Shown one piece after another: positions 16,746 through 26,380 of a stretch of 33,162 nt of DNA. The stretch is from Archangiaceae bacterium. Lineage in GTDB: Bacteria > Myxococcota > Myxococcia > Myxococcales > Myxococcaceae. The stretch lies in NCBI GenBank assembly GCA_043750125.1, contig JAYVCD010000116.1, forward strand, positions 1-33,162, read 5' to 3'. Within the stretch, counting starts at the first letter, position 1; each line of letters begins with the position of its first letter. The notes under the pieces were generated by a model that was given only the letters and a program-made list of their open reading frames with translations, searched no databases and was not told the origin of the DNA. The position numbers and the translations under genes are program-made.

Positions 16746-17449
16746 ATCGTCTCTCGCCGTCGTCACGGGCGCGTCGTCGGGCATTGGCGCCGAGCTCGCG
16801 GTTCAGCTCGCGGCTTCTGGAATGCGGGTGGCGCGATCGAGCCCCTGGCGCTCGATCTGACGGCTGCAGATTCCCTCGCACAAATTTTGGCCCGGGCCAC
16901 TGCGCTGGGAGGCGCCGACTGGCTGATCAACGACGCGGGCGTGAACAGCTTTGGCGCCTTTCGCGAGGCCAACGCAGAGGCAATCACTCGAATGATTCGA
17001 CTCAACTGCGAGGCCCTGGTGAGCGTCACTGGAGCGCTGCTGCCCACCATGCTCGCGCGGCGCCAGGGCGTCATTCTCAACGTCTCGTCCGTCGCCGGCT
17101 TCGTGCCCACGCCCTTCATGGCGGTCTACGGCGCGACCAAGGCGTTCGTCCTCTCGTATTCTGAAGCGCTCAGAGCGGAACTGCAGGGCTCGGGGGTGTC
17201 CGTCACGGCTCTGTGCCCCGGGCCCGTCACCACCGGCCTGTATGCGCTGTGTGCTCCGGGGGTGAAGCGAAAGGCGGTTTTCAACGAGATGTCGCCCGAG
17301 GCCTGCGCCCGGCGATCGCCGTGCCGGGGCTGTTCAATCGGCTGAACCTGTTGAGCGCGAAGTTCGCTCCGCGCGGCGTGGTGCGATGGCTCTTGAAAGC
17401 GCAGGGCCTGTCGTACCTGGGCTACGAGCGCTCGACTTTCAAGTCATGA
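16745..17449 (+). pseudogene. Short-chain dehydrogenase/reductase pseudogene split over three frame segments
   Basis: AVVTGASSGIG (one frame), break near 16830, LINDAG..NVSS..YGATK..CPGPVTT (second frame), break near 17312, AIAVPGLFNR..FKS* (third frame). Confidence 0.85.
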
Positions 17450-18433
17450 CGACGGCATTGGTGCTCGGCGCGGGGGTGGCCGGCCTGCTCGCGGCCCGCA
17501 GCTTGAGCGAGCACTTCACGCACGTGCAGGTCGTCGATTCGGACGTCCTGCCTGAAGGTCCTGAAAATCGGCACGCCATTCCTCGGGGCTACCATTCGCA
17601 TGTGCTGCTGGCTGGAGGCGCAGGGCATTCGAAGCGCTCTTCCCCGCGTTGGACGCAGAGCTCGCCGCGCTGGGGTGCGAGAACGTCGACTGGGCAGGCG
17701 ACTGCGTGGTCTTTTCCTCGGCAAGACAGGTGCCTCGCTTCGACTCGGTTGGTGACGCGTTCGAGCACCCGCGCGCTGTTCGAATGGCAGGTGCGGCGGC
17801 GGGTGCTCGCGCTGCCGAACGTCACTGTCCGGGGCTCGGTGAAGGTTCAAGGGCTGGTGGGGCACAGCTCACGGGTCACCGGGGCACGGGTCGAAGGGGG
17901 AGTGCTGCTGGCAGACCTGGTGATTGATGCGACCGGCCGTCACTCTGCCGCCCCGCAGTGGCTAGAGCAGCTGGGCTACGCGCCCCCCGAAGAGACGGTG
18001 ATCGATTCCTTCCTCGGCTATGCGACCCGGCTCTACCAACGTCCAGCCGGCGCCTCGCCGTACAAGGGCCTGTTGATCAACAACCAGCCGCCCGACAACC
18101 CGCGGGCGGGGGCGCTGTGGCCCATCGAGAACGACCGTTGGTTGATCACGCTCGCCGGGGCCGCGAAGACCTACCCGCCCACCACCGAGGCCGGCTTTCG
18201 TGAGTTCGCGGGCAAACTGCAGAGCCCGCTGCTGGGCGAGGCGATCGATCGCGCAATTCTCCTCGGTGCCACGTCGGTTCCAAAAGCAGATCGTCAAAGC
18301 GATCGCGCCCGCCTGGCTCGTCGCGACAGCAGAAGACCTGCGTTGGGACACGACGGTCGGCAGCAGCGTGTCGACCGCGACGCGTTTCTCGCGTTGGTAC
18401 ATGGCGATTGCCCTGAAGCGCTGGCCGTGGTGA
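17446..18433 (+). pseudogene. FAD-dependent oxidoreductase/monooxygenase pseudogene
   Basis: VLGAGVAGL, ADLVIDATGR; two offsetting frameshifts near 17620 and 17747; break near 18255 with the usual C-terminal GD motif region absent; tail AWLVATAEDLRW in another frame, truncated. Confidence 0.82.
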
Positions 18434-18469
18434 ACGTCGCAATGTCAGCCCCTTTTCGTAAAAAGCCGC

Positions 18470-19585
18470 ATGACCCAGGACGAAAGAAGGGCGGTGATCG
18501 GGTTGTGGGGAATCGTCGGCGTGGGTACGCAAGCGATCGCGAAGATTCGCAGCGTCTACCCGGACCTGGGCGTTCTGGCCGACGAGTTGCCGCGCCGGTG
18601 GCTCAGCTCGGTGCTGCTGGCTGAGCCTGCGCGCGAAGGGCTGGCTGCGCTCGCAACGTCGCTGGGACTTCATGCCGAACGGCTGATCGACCGGGCCCTG
18701 GGGGCGAAGATGTCGGTCTGCTTTCCCGAAGACCCCGGCTACCCGCGGGGCCTGGGGGACGTGCGCGGGGCTCCTCCGATGCTCTTTTATCGGGGCAGGG
18801 CCGACCGACCCAACGGGCCTCCCCGCCTGGCGATGGTCGGCAGCCGCAGCTTCGAGTCGAACTTCGTGCCCGCGGTGAAGGCCCTCGCCGCCGATTTGGC
18901 CGCCCAGTTGGTGATTGTCTCGGGCGCGGCCCGGGGCATCGACCAGCTGTGTCACGACGCGGCGATCGAGGCGAAAGGTGAAACCTGGGCCTTCATGGGC
19001 TCGGCGCTCGACGCGCTGGACTATGCGCAGGCGCAGATCGCGGTGCGCATCGTCGACAGCGGCGGCACGGTGTTTTCCGATTTTCCTCCGGGGGTACGGG
19101 CGGCCCAGAACACCTTCCCCCGGCGAAACCGACTCATCTCGGGTGCCAGCGACGGGGTGCTGCTGGTTCGGGGCCACGGCGACTCGGGCGCGCTGATCAC
19201 CGTCGACTACGCGCGCAAGCAAGGCCGCCTAGTGATGGCCGTGCCCGGACAGATCGACCACCAGACGGCCCACAGCTGCAACCAGCTCATTCGCGCGGGG
19301 ACCGCCCGCCTGGTCGCCTGTGCCGAGGACGTTTTCGTCGACATGGGACTTCGCGAGACCCAGACCGAGCCAGCCCAGGTTGGAGCCGAGGCATTTGATC
19401 TGACGCGCCTTTCGGACAATGCGCGCCACGCCTTCAGCATTCTCGATCGCACCCCGGTCGATTTCGACTCGTTGCTCGGGAAGGCCGACCCCCTCAACTC
19501 GGGTTTACTGGCCAGCGCTCTGATGGAATTGGAACTTGCAGGATTACTGGTCCAAAAACCCGGCCGGCGGTATGAGCGTCGCTGA
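18470..19585 (+). CDS. dprA: DNA-processing protein DprA (Smf)
   Basis: YP..L..PPMLFYRG, AMVGSR, VSGAARGID, FPRRNRLISG, SGALIT, AVPG; C-terminal winged helix LMELELAG. Confidence 0.95.
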   Translation: MTQDERRAVIGLWGIVGVGTQAIAKIRSVYPDLGVLADELPRRWLSSVLLAEPAREGLAALATSLGLHAERLIDRALGAKMSVCFPEDPGYPRGLGDVRGAPPMLFYRGRADRPNGPPRLAMVGSRSFESNFVPAVKALAADLAAQLVIVSGAARGIDQLCHDAAIEAKGETWAFMGSALDALDYAQAQIAVRIVDSGGTVFSDFPPGVRAAQNTFPRRNRLISGASDGVLLVRGHGDSGALITVDYARKQGRLVMAVPGQIDHQTAHSCNQLIRAGTARLVACAEDVFVDMGLRETQTEPAQVGAEAFDLTRLSDNARHAFSILDRTPVDFDSLLGKADPLNSGLLASALMELELAGLLVQKPGRRYERR

Positions 19586-19594
19586 AGCAGTTTG

Positions 19595-19623
19595 TTGACG
19601 CCTCAGGTTGGGCCAACTAAAAA
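19595..19623 (+). promoter_or_regulatory. Putative sigma70 promoter TTGACG-N17-TAAAAA for the TolQ/ExbD operon
   Basis: -35 match with 17-nt spacer and AT-rich -10; SD-like GAAGGGG upstream of ATG 19670. Confidence 0.45.
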
Positions 19624-19669
19624 CTGCGCAAGCTTTTCAACCGCGTTGAGTCGAAGGGGTTATTCCGAA

Positions 19670-20407
19670 ATGTCCGCCAGCACGATGTTTCACCACATTC
19701 TCGATGTGGTGCTGACCGCTGAACCCGCTCACAAAGATAGCGCGCTCGATGGCTTGATCGCGTTCTTCAAAGAGGGCGGTCCTTTCATGTTGATCAACAT
19801 TTTCTGGCTGGCCTGCGCGCTCGCAGTCGTCGTCGAGCGGGTCATCACATTGATGTTCCGCTACAACCTCAACGCGCCGCCCTTCATGGAACAGGTCACC
19901 AAGTTGGTGCTGACCGGAAACGTCGACCGCGCGGTCAAGCTGTGCGGCGCCGCTCCGAATGCTCCGCTGGCGAAGGTGATTCGCGCCGGGCTCACCCGGG
20001 CCAATCGCGGTGAAATCGAAGTCGCCAAATCGATCGAAGAGGCGATTCTCGAGAACAACCCCCACATCTCGGCCCGCATTCAATGGCTGTGGTCGCTGGC
20101 CAACGTCGCGACCCTGTTCGGTCTGATCGGAACCATCATCGGTCTGATCAACACCTTCAAGTCGCTCGGCGGCGTTCCCGCGGATCAGAAGCAGGCGCTG
20201 CTGTCGAAGGGCATCTCGGAAGCGATGAACAACACCGCCTTCGGCCTTTTGATCGCGGTGACCTGCATCATCTTCCACCTCTTCCTCACCGCGTACGCGA
20301 AGCGAATGACCGAGACCGTCGAGCTCAACGCGATGAAGCTCGAGAATCTCCTTGGCCGTCGCAGCGCAGGCGAGACCAGCGCGATGGACTTCGAGAAGGC
20401 CTCCTAA
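19670..20407 (+). CDS. MotA/TolQ/ExbB proton channel protein (AglR-like paralogue)
   Basis: EGGPFM..VVVER, ATLFGLIGTIIGLI, GISEAMNNTAFGLLIAV; three TM segments. Confidence 0.93.
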   Translation: MSASTMFHHILDVVLTAEPAHKDSALDGLIAFFKEGGPFMLINIFWLACALAVVVERVITLMFRYNLNAPPFMEQVTKLVLTGNVDRAVKLCGAAPNAPLAKVIRAGLTRANRGEIEVAKSIEEAILENNPHISARIQWLWSLANVATLFGLIGTIIGLINTFKSLGGVPADQKQALLSKGISEAMNNTAFGLLIAVTCIIFHLFLTAYAKRMTETVELNAMKLENLLGRRSAGETSAMDFEKAS

Positions 20408-20454
20408 GTTCCAGCCGGAACCCGACTCGCACCCCTGCTGTCAGGAACTGACGT

Positions 20455-20991
20455 ATGGCGTTCTACTTTTCAAAGCGAAAGATCAGACCCAAAGAAGACG
20501 AGGATCTGGGTGAGCTGAACGTCATCCCGTATCTCGACATCTTGATGAATCTGATCATCTTCATCCTCCTGTCGATGTCAGGCCTGGCGACGTTTGGAAT
20601 CTTGAACGTCAACGCTCCGAACTACGGCGCGACCAGTGGAGAGGGCGACAACCCGGACAAGCCGCCCCTGTTGTTGACCGTCGCGATTTCCGCCAAGGGC
20701 TTCTACCTCGCCGCCACCGGCGGAGTGTTGCCCGGTGCGGAAGGCGCCGTGGCTGCAGTCCCAGGCCAGGGCGTGCCGACGGTCGGAAAGTTGAATGACG
20801 GGTCGTTTGATTACGCGGGTCTCAACACCAAGATGAAAGAGATCAAGTCGACCTTTCCCACCGAGTCGAAGGTGATCATCGCCGCCGACAAAGAGGTTCA
20901 GTACGAAGTGCTGATCGCGACGATGGACGCGCTGCGCGAGACCAGCGATCACAAGGCGCTGTTCCCCGACGTAACCCTGGGGTCCTTCTAA
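20455..20991 (+). CDS. ExbD/TolR family protein
   Basis: ELNVIPYLDILMNLIIF with the conserved TM Asp; IIAADKEVQYEVLIATMD. Confidence 0.92.
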   Translation: MAFYFSKRKIRPKEDEDLGELNVIPYLDILMNLIIFILLSMSGLATFGILNVNAPNYGATSGEGDNPDKPPLLLTVAISAKGFYLAATGGVLPGAEGAVAAVPGQGVPTVGKLNDGSFDYAGLNTKMKEIKSTFPTESKVIIAADKEVQYEVLIATMDALRETSDHKALFPDVTLGSF

Positions 20992-21570
20992 GTGACCGGC
21001 AAGACCGCGACTCCCGCGATGGATGAAGAAGCGCTCGACGACCTTCAGCGCATGCGCTTTCGCAAGGCGATGGCGCGCAAGAAGCGCAAAGAACGCGAAG
21101 GTGAAGGCGAGATCAAGGAACTGAACATCATCGCGATGATGGACATCATGACCATCATTCTGGTGTTCCTGATCAAGTCCTACGCGACCAGCTCGTTGAC
21201 CACCACCAGCTCGGAAGACGTTCGGCCGCCGATCTCGACCACCCGGCTGACTCCCAAAGACACCATCTCGATCACCATCACCAGCAAGCACATTCTGGTC
21301 GGCGACAAAGTGAAGGCCACTTTGGTGAACGGCGAGGTCAGCAAAAGCGACCTTTCCGGCCGCCTGATTGTCCCCGTCGACCAGGCGCTGAAGAAAGAAG
21401 TCGAGAAGCTGAAGTTCATTGCCGAGCGCAATCCGGGCGCTCCGTTCACCCATGAGCTGACGGTGATTGGAGACAAGCGGGTGCCGTACGATCTGCTGCT
21501 CACGGTGCTCTACAGCGCGGGCCAGAACGAGCTCGAGAACTACCGCTTCGTCGTCGTGCAGAAGGATTGA
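20992..21570 (+). CDS. Second ExbD/TolR family protein
   Basis: ELNIIAMMDIMTIILVFL with TM Asp; IGDKRVPYDLLLTVLYSAGQ. Confidence 0.92.
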   Translation: MTGKTATPAMDEEALDDLQRMRFRKAMARKKRKEREGEGEIKELNIIAMMDIMTIILVFLIKSYATSSLTTTSSEDVRPPISTTRLTPKDTISITITSKHILVGDKVKATLVNGEVSKSDLSGRLIVPVDQALKKEVEKLKFIAERNPGAPFTHELTVIGDKRVPYDLLLTVLYSAGQNELENYRFVVVQKD

Positions 21571-21782
21571 GAGCCAGTCGCATTCGGCATCAGCCCTTCA
21601 GTCCGTGCGGGTGATTTTCAGGGGCTGCCTGCCGCTGTACGGCAGGCCGTGGGTCGAGGCGCACCGCGACGAATTGTCGTGGGCCGCCGAAGAAATGTGA
21701 TGAACCACACCACCGCACGCCGCGCTTTTCGCCGGCTGCTCGGATGAACCCACATGATCTCCTACTCCAAAGAGGCCGCTTC

Positions 21783-23141
21783 TTGATCACCGTCATCGGA
21801 GGGGGCCTGGCCGGTTGCGAGTGCGCTTTTCAGCTGGCGCGGCTCGGACACCCGGTGGTGTTGCGCGAACAGAAGCCCGTCAAGCGCTCGGCCGCCCACC
21901 ACAGCGACAAGCTGGCCGAGCTCGTCTGCAGCAACTCGATGCGATCCGATGACCCGACCTCGGCGATCGGAATGCTTCATGCCGAGCTGCGCCGGGTCGG
22001 AAGCCTGATTTTGGGATCGGCCGATGCCCACCGGGTCCCTGCCGGGGGGGCGCTGGCCGTCGAGCGCGAGCTGTTCGCCGCCGAAGTCACTTCTCGGCTG
22101 CTGCAGTCGGGCCAGGTTTCGTTGATCCCCGGTGAGGTGACGGAAATTCCCGAGGGGACCGTGGTAATTGCCACCGGACCGCTCACCTCGGTTGCCCTCA
22201 CCGATCAGCTCGCGAAGTACACGGGCGAGAAGCTCTACTTTTACGACGCGATCGCACCGATCGTCTCGGCCGACTCGGTCGACGAGACGATCGCTTTCCG
22301 ACAGAGCCGCTACGGGAAGGGTGGGGGGGACGATTACCTCAACCTCCCGATGGAAAAGGCCGAGTACCTGACTTTCGTCGCCGAGCTCAAGGCCGGCACG
22401 AAAGTGAAGCCGCACGAATTCGAAGAACCCAAGTACTTCGAAGGCTGTCTGCCGATCGAAGTGATGGCTGAACGCGGAGATGAAGTGCTGTCGCACGGGC
22501 CGATGAAGCCGGTCGGTCTCTGCGACCCCCGCACTGGTCGGCGACCCTGGGCCGTGGTCCAGCTTCGCCACGAAGATCGCGCAGGCACCGCCTACAACCT
22601 GGTCGGGTTTCAGACCCGGCTCAGCTGGCCAGATCAAAAGCGGATCTTCAGCTCGATTCCGGGCTTGAAGAACGCCGAGTGGATGCGCATGGGGCAGATT
22701 CACCGCAACACGTTCATCGACTCTCCCCGGCTGCTCAATCGGGATCTCTCGCTCAAAGCCGAGCCGCGCCTGTTCTTCGCCGGGCAGATTTCGGGAGTCG
22801 AGGGGTACGTCGAGTCGGCGGCCTGCGGTTACCTGGTCGCGCTCTCGCTGCATGCGCGCCTGGCGGGAACGCCTTTCGAGCCACCCCCGGCGACCACCGC
22901 GCTGGGTGCGCTCTATCGCCACGTCACCGGTGAGGCCCACCCCGAAGGGGCAATCTACCAGCCCACGAATGTCGTCTACGCGCTGTTTCCGCCGCTGCCG
23001 GGGCGGGTGAAGAAGCAGGACAAGCGCGCGGCGTACACCAGCCGGTCGACGGCCGATTTCGACCTCTGGGCCCGGGGGGCTCCTCACCCGATCTCTGCTG
23101 CGTTGCCGAGCGTCTCCGCGCCCGCAGAGGTGTCGGCGTGA
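21783..23141 (+). CDS. trmFO: Folate/FAD-dependent tRNA (uracil-5-)-methyltransferase TrmFO
   Basis: [67 protein letters not shown] 21783 follows AGAGG. Confidence 0.96.
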   Translation: MITVIGGGLAGCECAFQLARLGHPVVLREQKPVKRSAAHHSDKLAELVCSNSMRSDDPTSAIGMLHAELRRVGSLILGSADAHRVPAGGALAVERELFAAEVTSRLLQSGQVSLIPGEVTEIPEGTVVIATGPLTSVALTDQLAKYTGEKLYFYDAIAPIVSADSVDETIAFRQSRYGKGGGDDYLNLPMEKAEYLTFVAELKAGTKVKPHEFEEPKYFEGCLPIEVMAERGDEVLSHGPMKPVGLCDPRTGRRPWAVVQLRHEDRAGTAYNLVGFQTRLSWPDQKRIFSSIPGLKNAEWMRMGQIHRNTFIDSPRLLNRDLSLKAEPRLFFAGQISGVEGYVESAACGYLVALSLHARLAGTPFEPPPATTALGALYRHVTGEAHPEGAIYQPTNVVYALFPPLPGRVKKQDKRAAYTSRSTADFDLWARGAPHPISAALPSVSAPAEVSA

Positions 23142-24745
23142 AATTCGTCCTGGTTTTGGCGATGGGGCTGGTGGGCTGCAAGGGCAAGGGGGCTGAAGGG
23201 GCCGGCGGGGTCAGCGGTTCGCGGGTCAGCCTCAACAAGGTGATGAAGGGCGAGGCCGGCGTCGGCAGCGTCGGCGTCAAGCGGGTCGGAGGAATCGGCA
23301 TCGACCTACGCGCCACCTCAGACGGGCGATTCCTCACCTGGCTGCTCGATGCCGAGAAGCCGCGGCTCGATGGGCTGCCTCCTCCGATGCGCATTGGAGT
23401 GCTCTGGGCGGTGCCGAGCCAGGGCGGCGAATCGCGCAAGCTCGGCAGCGGGGTCACCAACATGCCCGGCGGTTACCTCTTCAGTCCCGACGGGCGGTGG
23501 GTGTTGTTCCTGGCCGGCTACAACGCCGCCGAACAGAGTGGCGAGCTGCGGGTGGCGTCTTTGTCCGACCCGGCCTCGACCCCCGAACGTCTGGGCGGGC
23601 GGGTGACCTACATGCTGGCCAGCCCCGATTCGAAGCAGGTCGCGTTCGTCGACGAAGGGGTGCTGCGCGCCGGCCCACTGCCGAAAGGACCTTTTCGGGA
23701 AGTCGCGGGCGAAGTGGCGACCGCCGAGTTCTCGCCCGATTCGGCGACGCTCTACTTCCGGCGCCGGGTCGCCAACGCGGGCGGGCTGTACCAGGTGCCG
23801 TTGAAGGACGTAGGCAAGCCCCCGCGCAAGGTGGCCGACCAGGTGGGCGACTTTCGGCTGACCCCCGATGGAAAGACGGTCGCCTACGCGGCGCGGCCGT
23901 CGGCGGGAAGCTCGAGTTACGAGCTGTTTGTCGCCGACACGACGGCCCTCAAGAGCAAGCAACTGGCGCGCAACGTGATCAACTTCCGTTTTTCGCCAGA
24001 CGGGAAGCTGCTGGCGCACAACGAAGGCTTGTCGCCTGAAGATCCAGGGGACCTCTTTGTTGAAACGCTCGCCGGCACGGGCGCCGAGCCCACCGCGCTG
24101 GGCTCGAAGGTGAAGGACTTTCAGTTCTCACCCGACTCGAAGTCGATCGCCTTTCGCGAAGGGTACAACGACGGCGAAGGAGATCTCGCGGTCAGGGTGA
24201 TTGGCGACAGCAAGCCGGCGAAGAAGATCTCGCGCCGCGTGCGCAGCTACAGCTGGAGCGACGACAACCTGAAGATCGCTTTCACCATTCGGGTGGTGAA
24301 GCCGATCACCTCGGTGGATCTGGTGGTGTGGCGGGTGGGCGATGAAGAGCCGACCAAGATCAAGCAGTGGGTCTACGACTACACGTTTACGCCCCAGTCC
24401 AACCGGTTGCTGTTTCGCACCGATTGCAGCCGGGAAGGGCGCTCGTGCGATCTGCTCGCGCTCGACCTGGCAGACCTCAAGGTTCCGCCCAAGAAGCTCG
24501 TCGAAGCGATGAGCGGCTTCAAGATTTCTCAAAACGGCGAACGGGTGCTGATCACTTATTCGCGCGCTCAGACCGGCGATTTCTACGACGTAGCGGTGTT
24601 CAACTTGAAGAACAACGAGCGCAAGACCCTGGAACAGTTCATTCGGTTGCCCGCACTGTTCCTCGATAAAGACGGCGGGAAGGTGGGCTACGTGGTGGCC
24701 GAGCAGAACAAGTCGGGGGTCTACGTGGCGGACCAGGTGCCCTGA
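23138..24745 (+). CDS. TolB-like beta-propeller lipoprotein resembling myxobacterial AglU
   Basis: Lipobox LVGC; many FSPDG/SPDS repeats; located between trmFO and xerC. Confidence 0.75.
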   Translation: MKFVLVLAMGLVGCKGKGAEGAGGVSGSRVSLNKVMKGEAGVGSVGVKRVGGIGIDLRATSDGRFLTWLLDAEKPRLDGLPPPMRIGVLWAVPSQGGESRKLGSGVTNMPGGYLFSPDGRWVLFLAGYNAAEQSGELRVASLSDPASTPERLGGRVTYMLASPDSKQVAFVDEGVLRAGPLPKGPFREVAGEVATAEFSPDSATLYFRRRVANAGGLYQVPLKDVGKPPRKVADQVGDFRLTPDGKTVAYAARPSAGSSSYELFVADTTALKSKQLARNVINFRFSPDGKLLAHNEGLSPEDPGDLFVETLAGTGAEPTALGSKVKDFQFSPDSKSIAFREGYNDGEGDLAVRVIGDSKPAKKISRRVRSYSWSDDNLKIAFTIRVVKPITSVDLVVWRVGDEEPTKIKQWVYDYTFTPQSNRLLFRTDCSREGRSCDLLALDLADLKVPPKKLVEAMSGFKISQNGERVLITYSRAQTGDFYDVAVFNLKNNERKTLEQFIRLPALFLDKDGGKVGYVVAEQNKSGVYVADQVP

Positions 24746-24750
24746 AGCAA

Positions 24751-24779
24751 ACCCGGTCGACGTGTGAACTCGACCCGGT
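24751..24779. repeat. Imperfect inverted repeat upstream of xerC
   Basis: ACCCGGTCGA-N9-TCGACCCGGT, 9 of 10 positions pair. Confidence 0.5.
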
Positions 24780-24806
24780 GAAGTTGCACGCCTACGATCG
24801 AGCTAG

Positions 24807-25700
24807 ATGAGCGACGTTCATGTCACCGGTTTTCTGAGGCACCTCGAGGTCGGCCGGGCCGCTTCGGTTCATACCCTGGCTGCGTACGCCTCGGACTTGC
24901 GCGCCTTTGCGGCCTACCTCCAACCGCTGAAAGTGGAGCTCTTGAAGGCCACCCCCCTTCACGTTCGAGGCTTTCTTGGAGTTCAAGCCGTTGATCACGC
25001 CGCCACCTCGCGGGCGCGCAGACTCGCGGCGATCAAGGCGTTCTACAGCTACCTCGTTCGACGCAAAGTGCTCGACGCGAACCCTGCTGCACGGACACGG
25101 ACCCCGAAGCTGCCGCAGCGGCTGCCCCGCGCAGTGCCGATCGACGAGACGTTCGCCCTGATGGAGTCGCCGGATCTCGATCGTCTGCTCGGGCTTCGCG
25201 ATAAGGCGATTTTGGAAGTTCTCTACGGGGGAGGCCTGCGCGTCAGTGAGCTCGTGGGCCTGAGTCTCGAGTCGCTCGACCGCAGCAACGGGGTGGTGCG
25301 GGTGCTCGGGAAAGGGAACAAAGAGCGTCTGTGCCCGCTCAACCCCGCTGCGCTCGAGGCGATCGAGCACTGGCTGGCGCGGCGGGGCGAGCTGCTCGCG
25401 AAGGCCCACAAGGGTCAAGACCCCCTGGCGCTGTTTTTGAACCACCGGGGGGGCCGACTGACCACCCGCAGCGTCGGCCGTCACCTCGATGCCTACGTGC
25501 AGAAGCTCGGGCTCGAACGAAAGCTGTCTCCCCATGCGCTGCGCCACTCGTTCGCCACCCACCTGCTCGCCGGCGGAGCAGACATTCGTGTCATTCAGGA
25601 ACTGCTGGGCCACGCGAGCCTCTCGACCACCCAGCGCTACACCCACGTCGGCTTCGAACAACTGCAGCAGGTTTATGACAAAGCGCATCCCAGGGCCTGA
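24807..25700 (+). CDS. xerC: Tyrosine recombinase XerC
   Basis: N-terminal SAM-like domain (HTLAAYASDL), GLRVSEL, GKGNKER, PHALRHSFATHLL, LLGHASLSTTQRYTH; trmFO...hslVU context. Confidence 0.9.
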   Translation: MSDVHVTGFLRHLEVGRAASVHTLAAYASDLRAFAAYLQPLKVELLKATPLHVRGFLGVQAVDHAATSRARRLAAIKAFYSYLVRRKVLDANPAARTRTPKLPQRLPRAVPIDETFALMESPDLDRLLGLRDKAILEVLYGGGLRVSELVGLSLESLDRSNGVVRVLGKGNKERLCPLNPAALEAIEHWLARRGELLAKAHKGQDPLALFLNHRGGRLTTRSVGRHLDAYVQKLGLERKLSPHALRHSFATHLLAGGADIRVIQELLGHASLSTTQRYTHVGFEQLQQVYDKAHPRA

Positions 25701-26343
25701 CCCCTTCAACAACCCCTTCTCGAAGGTGAAGCTGACCGAGCCGAAGAAGGCCGAGCCGATCAAGCCCGCGGCTGCTCCACCGCGCAAAGAAAAACCGGTG
25801 ACGCTCGATGCCGAGGCCGCGATGTTTCTCGAGGCGATGGGCGAAGTGGTGCCCACCCGAGACGACAAGAAGCGCGCGCCTCCGGCTCAAGGTCTGCGGG
25901 TCGACCCGGTCAAGGTGGCGGATGAAGAGTCAGAATCGTTGGCGCAGCTGGCCGAGCTGGTGTCGGGAGACGGGCCGTTCGAGCTGACCGACTCGGGCCC
26001 GTTCATCGAAGGCAAAGTTCCAGGCTTTGATCCCCAGGTGATGAAGCGGCTTCGCACCGGGGGCTTCCGAATTCAGGGGACGCTCGATTTTCATGGCCTC
26101 ACCCGGGACAAGGCTCAGGCGGCGCTCGAGCCCTTCATCACTTCGGCGCGGCGTGAGGGACACCGCTGTGTGCTGGTGATCACCGGCAAAGGTCTCAACA
26201 GTGAAGATCAGATTCCCGTGCTGCGGACCAGCGTGCAGCAGTGGCTGACCCGCGGCCGAATCGCGCGCCATGTGCTCGCGTTCTGCTCGGCTCAAGCCGG
26301 CGATGGGGGCGCCGGGGCACTGTACGTTTTGCTGCGCCGCTGA
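25675..26343 (+). CDS. Smr domain protein
   Basis: LDFHGLT, VITGKG, GGAGALYVLLRR; ATG 25675 overlaps the xerC 3' end. Confidence 0.88.
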   Translation: MTKRIPGPDPFNNPFSKVKLTEPKKAEPIKPAAAPPRKEKPVTLDAEAAMFLEAMGEVVPTRDDKKRAPPAQGLRVDPVKVADEESESLAQLAELVSGDGPFELTDSGPFIEGKVPGFDPQVMKRLRTGGFRIQGTLDFHGLTRDKAQAALEPFITSARREGHRCVLVITGKGLNSEDQIPVLRTSVQQWLTRGRIARHVLAFCSAQAGDGGAGALYVLLRR

Positions 26344-26380
26344 CGGCCGCCGTGGTGCGGGCGCTCACGACGGTCTCGCC

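Noticed and set aside
16830-18310. GCGATCG-like words near several deletion junctions (HIP1-like idea)
   Set aside because: CGATCG is frequent throughout this window, so enrichment cannot be claimed without a count
23138-24745. Recurring sequence similarity suggesting a DNA repeat array or CRISPR
   Set aside because: These are degenerate protein-level SPDG propeller repeats with no identical repeat-spacer structure
24807-25700. Tyrosine recombinase as a phage or island integrase
   Set aside because: Length, motifs and trmFO/hslVU context fit chromosomal XerC
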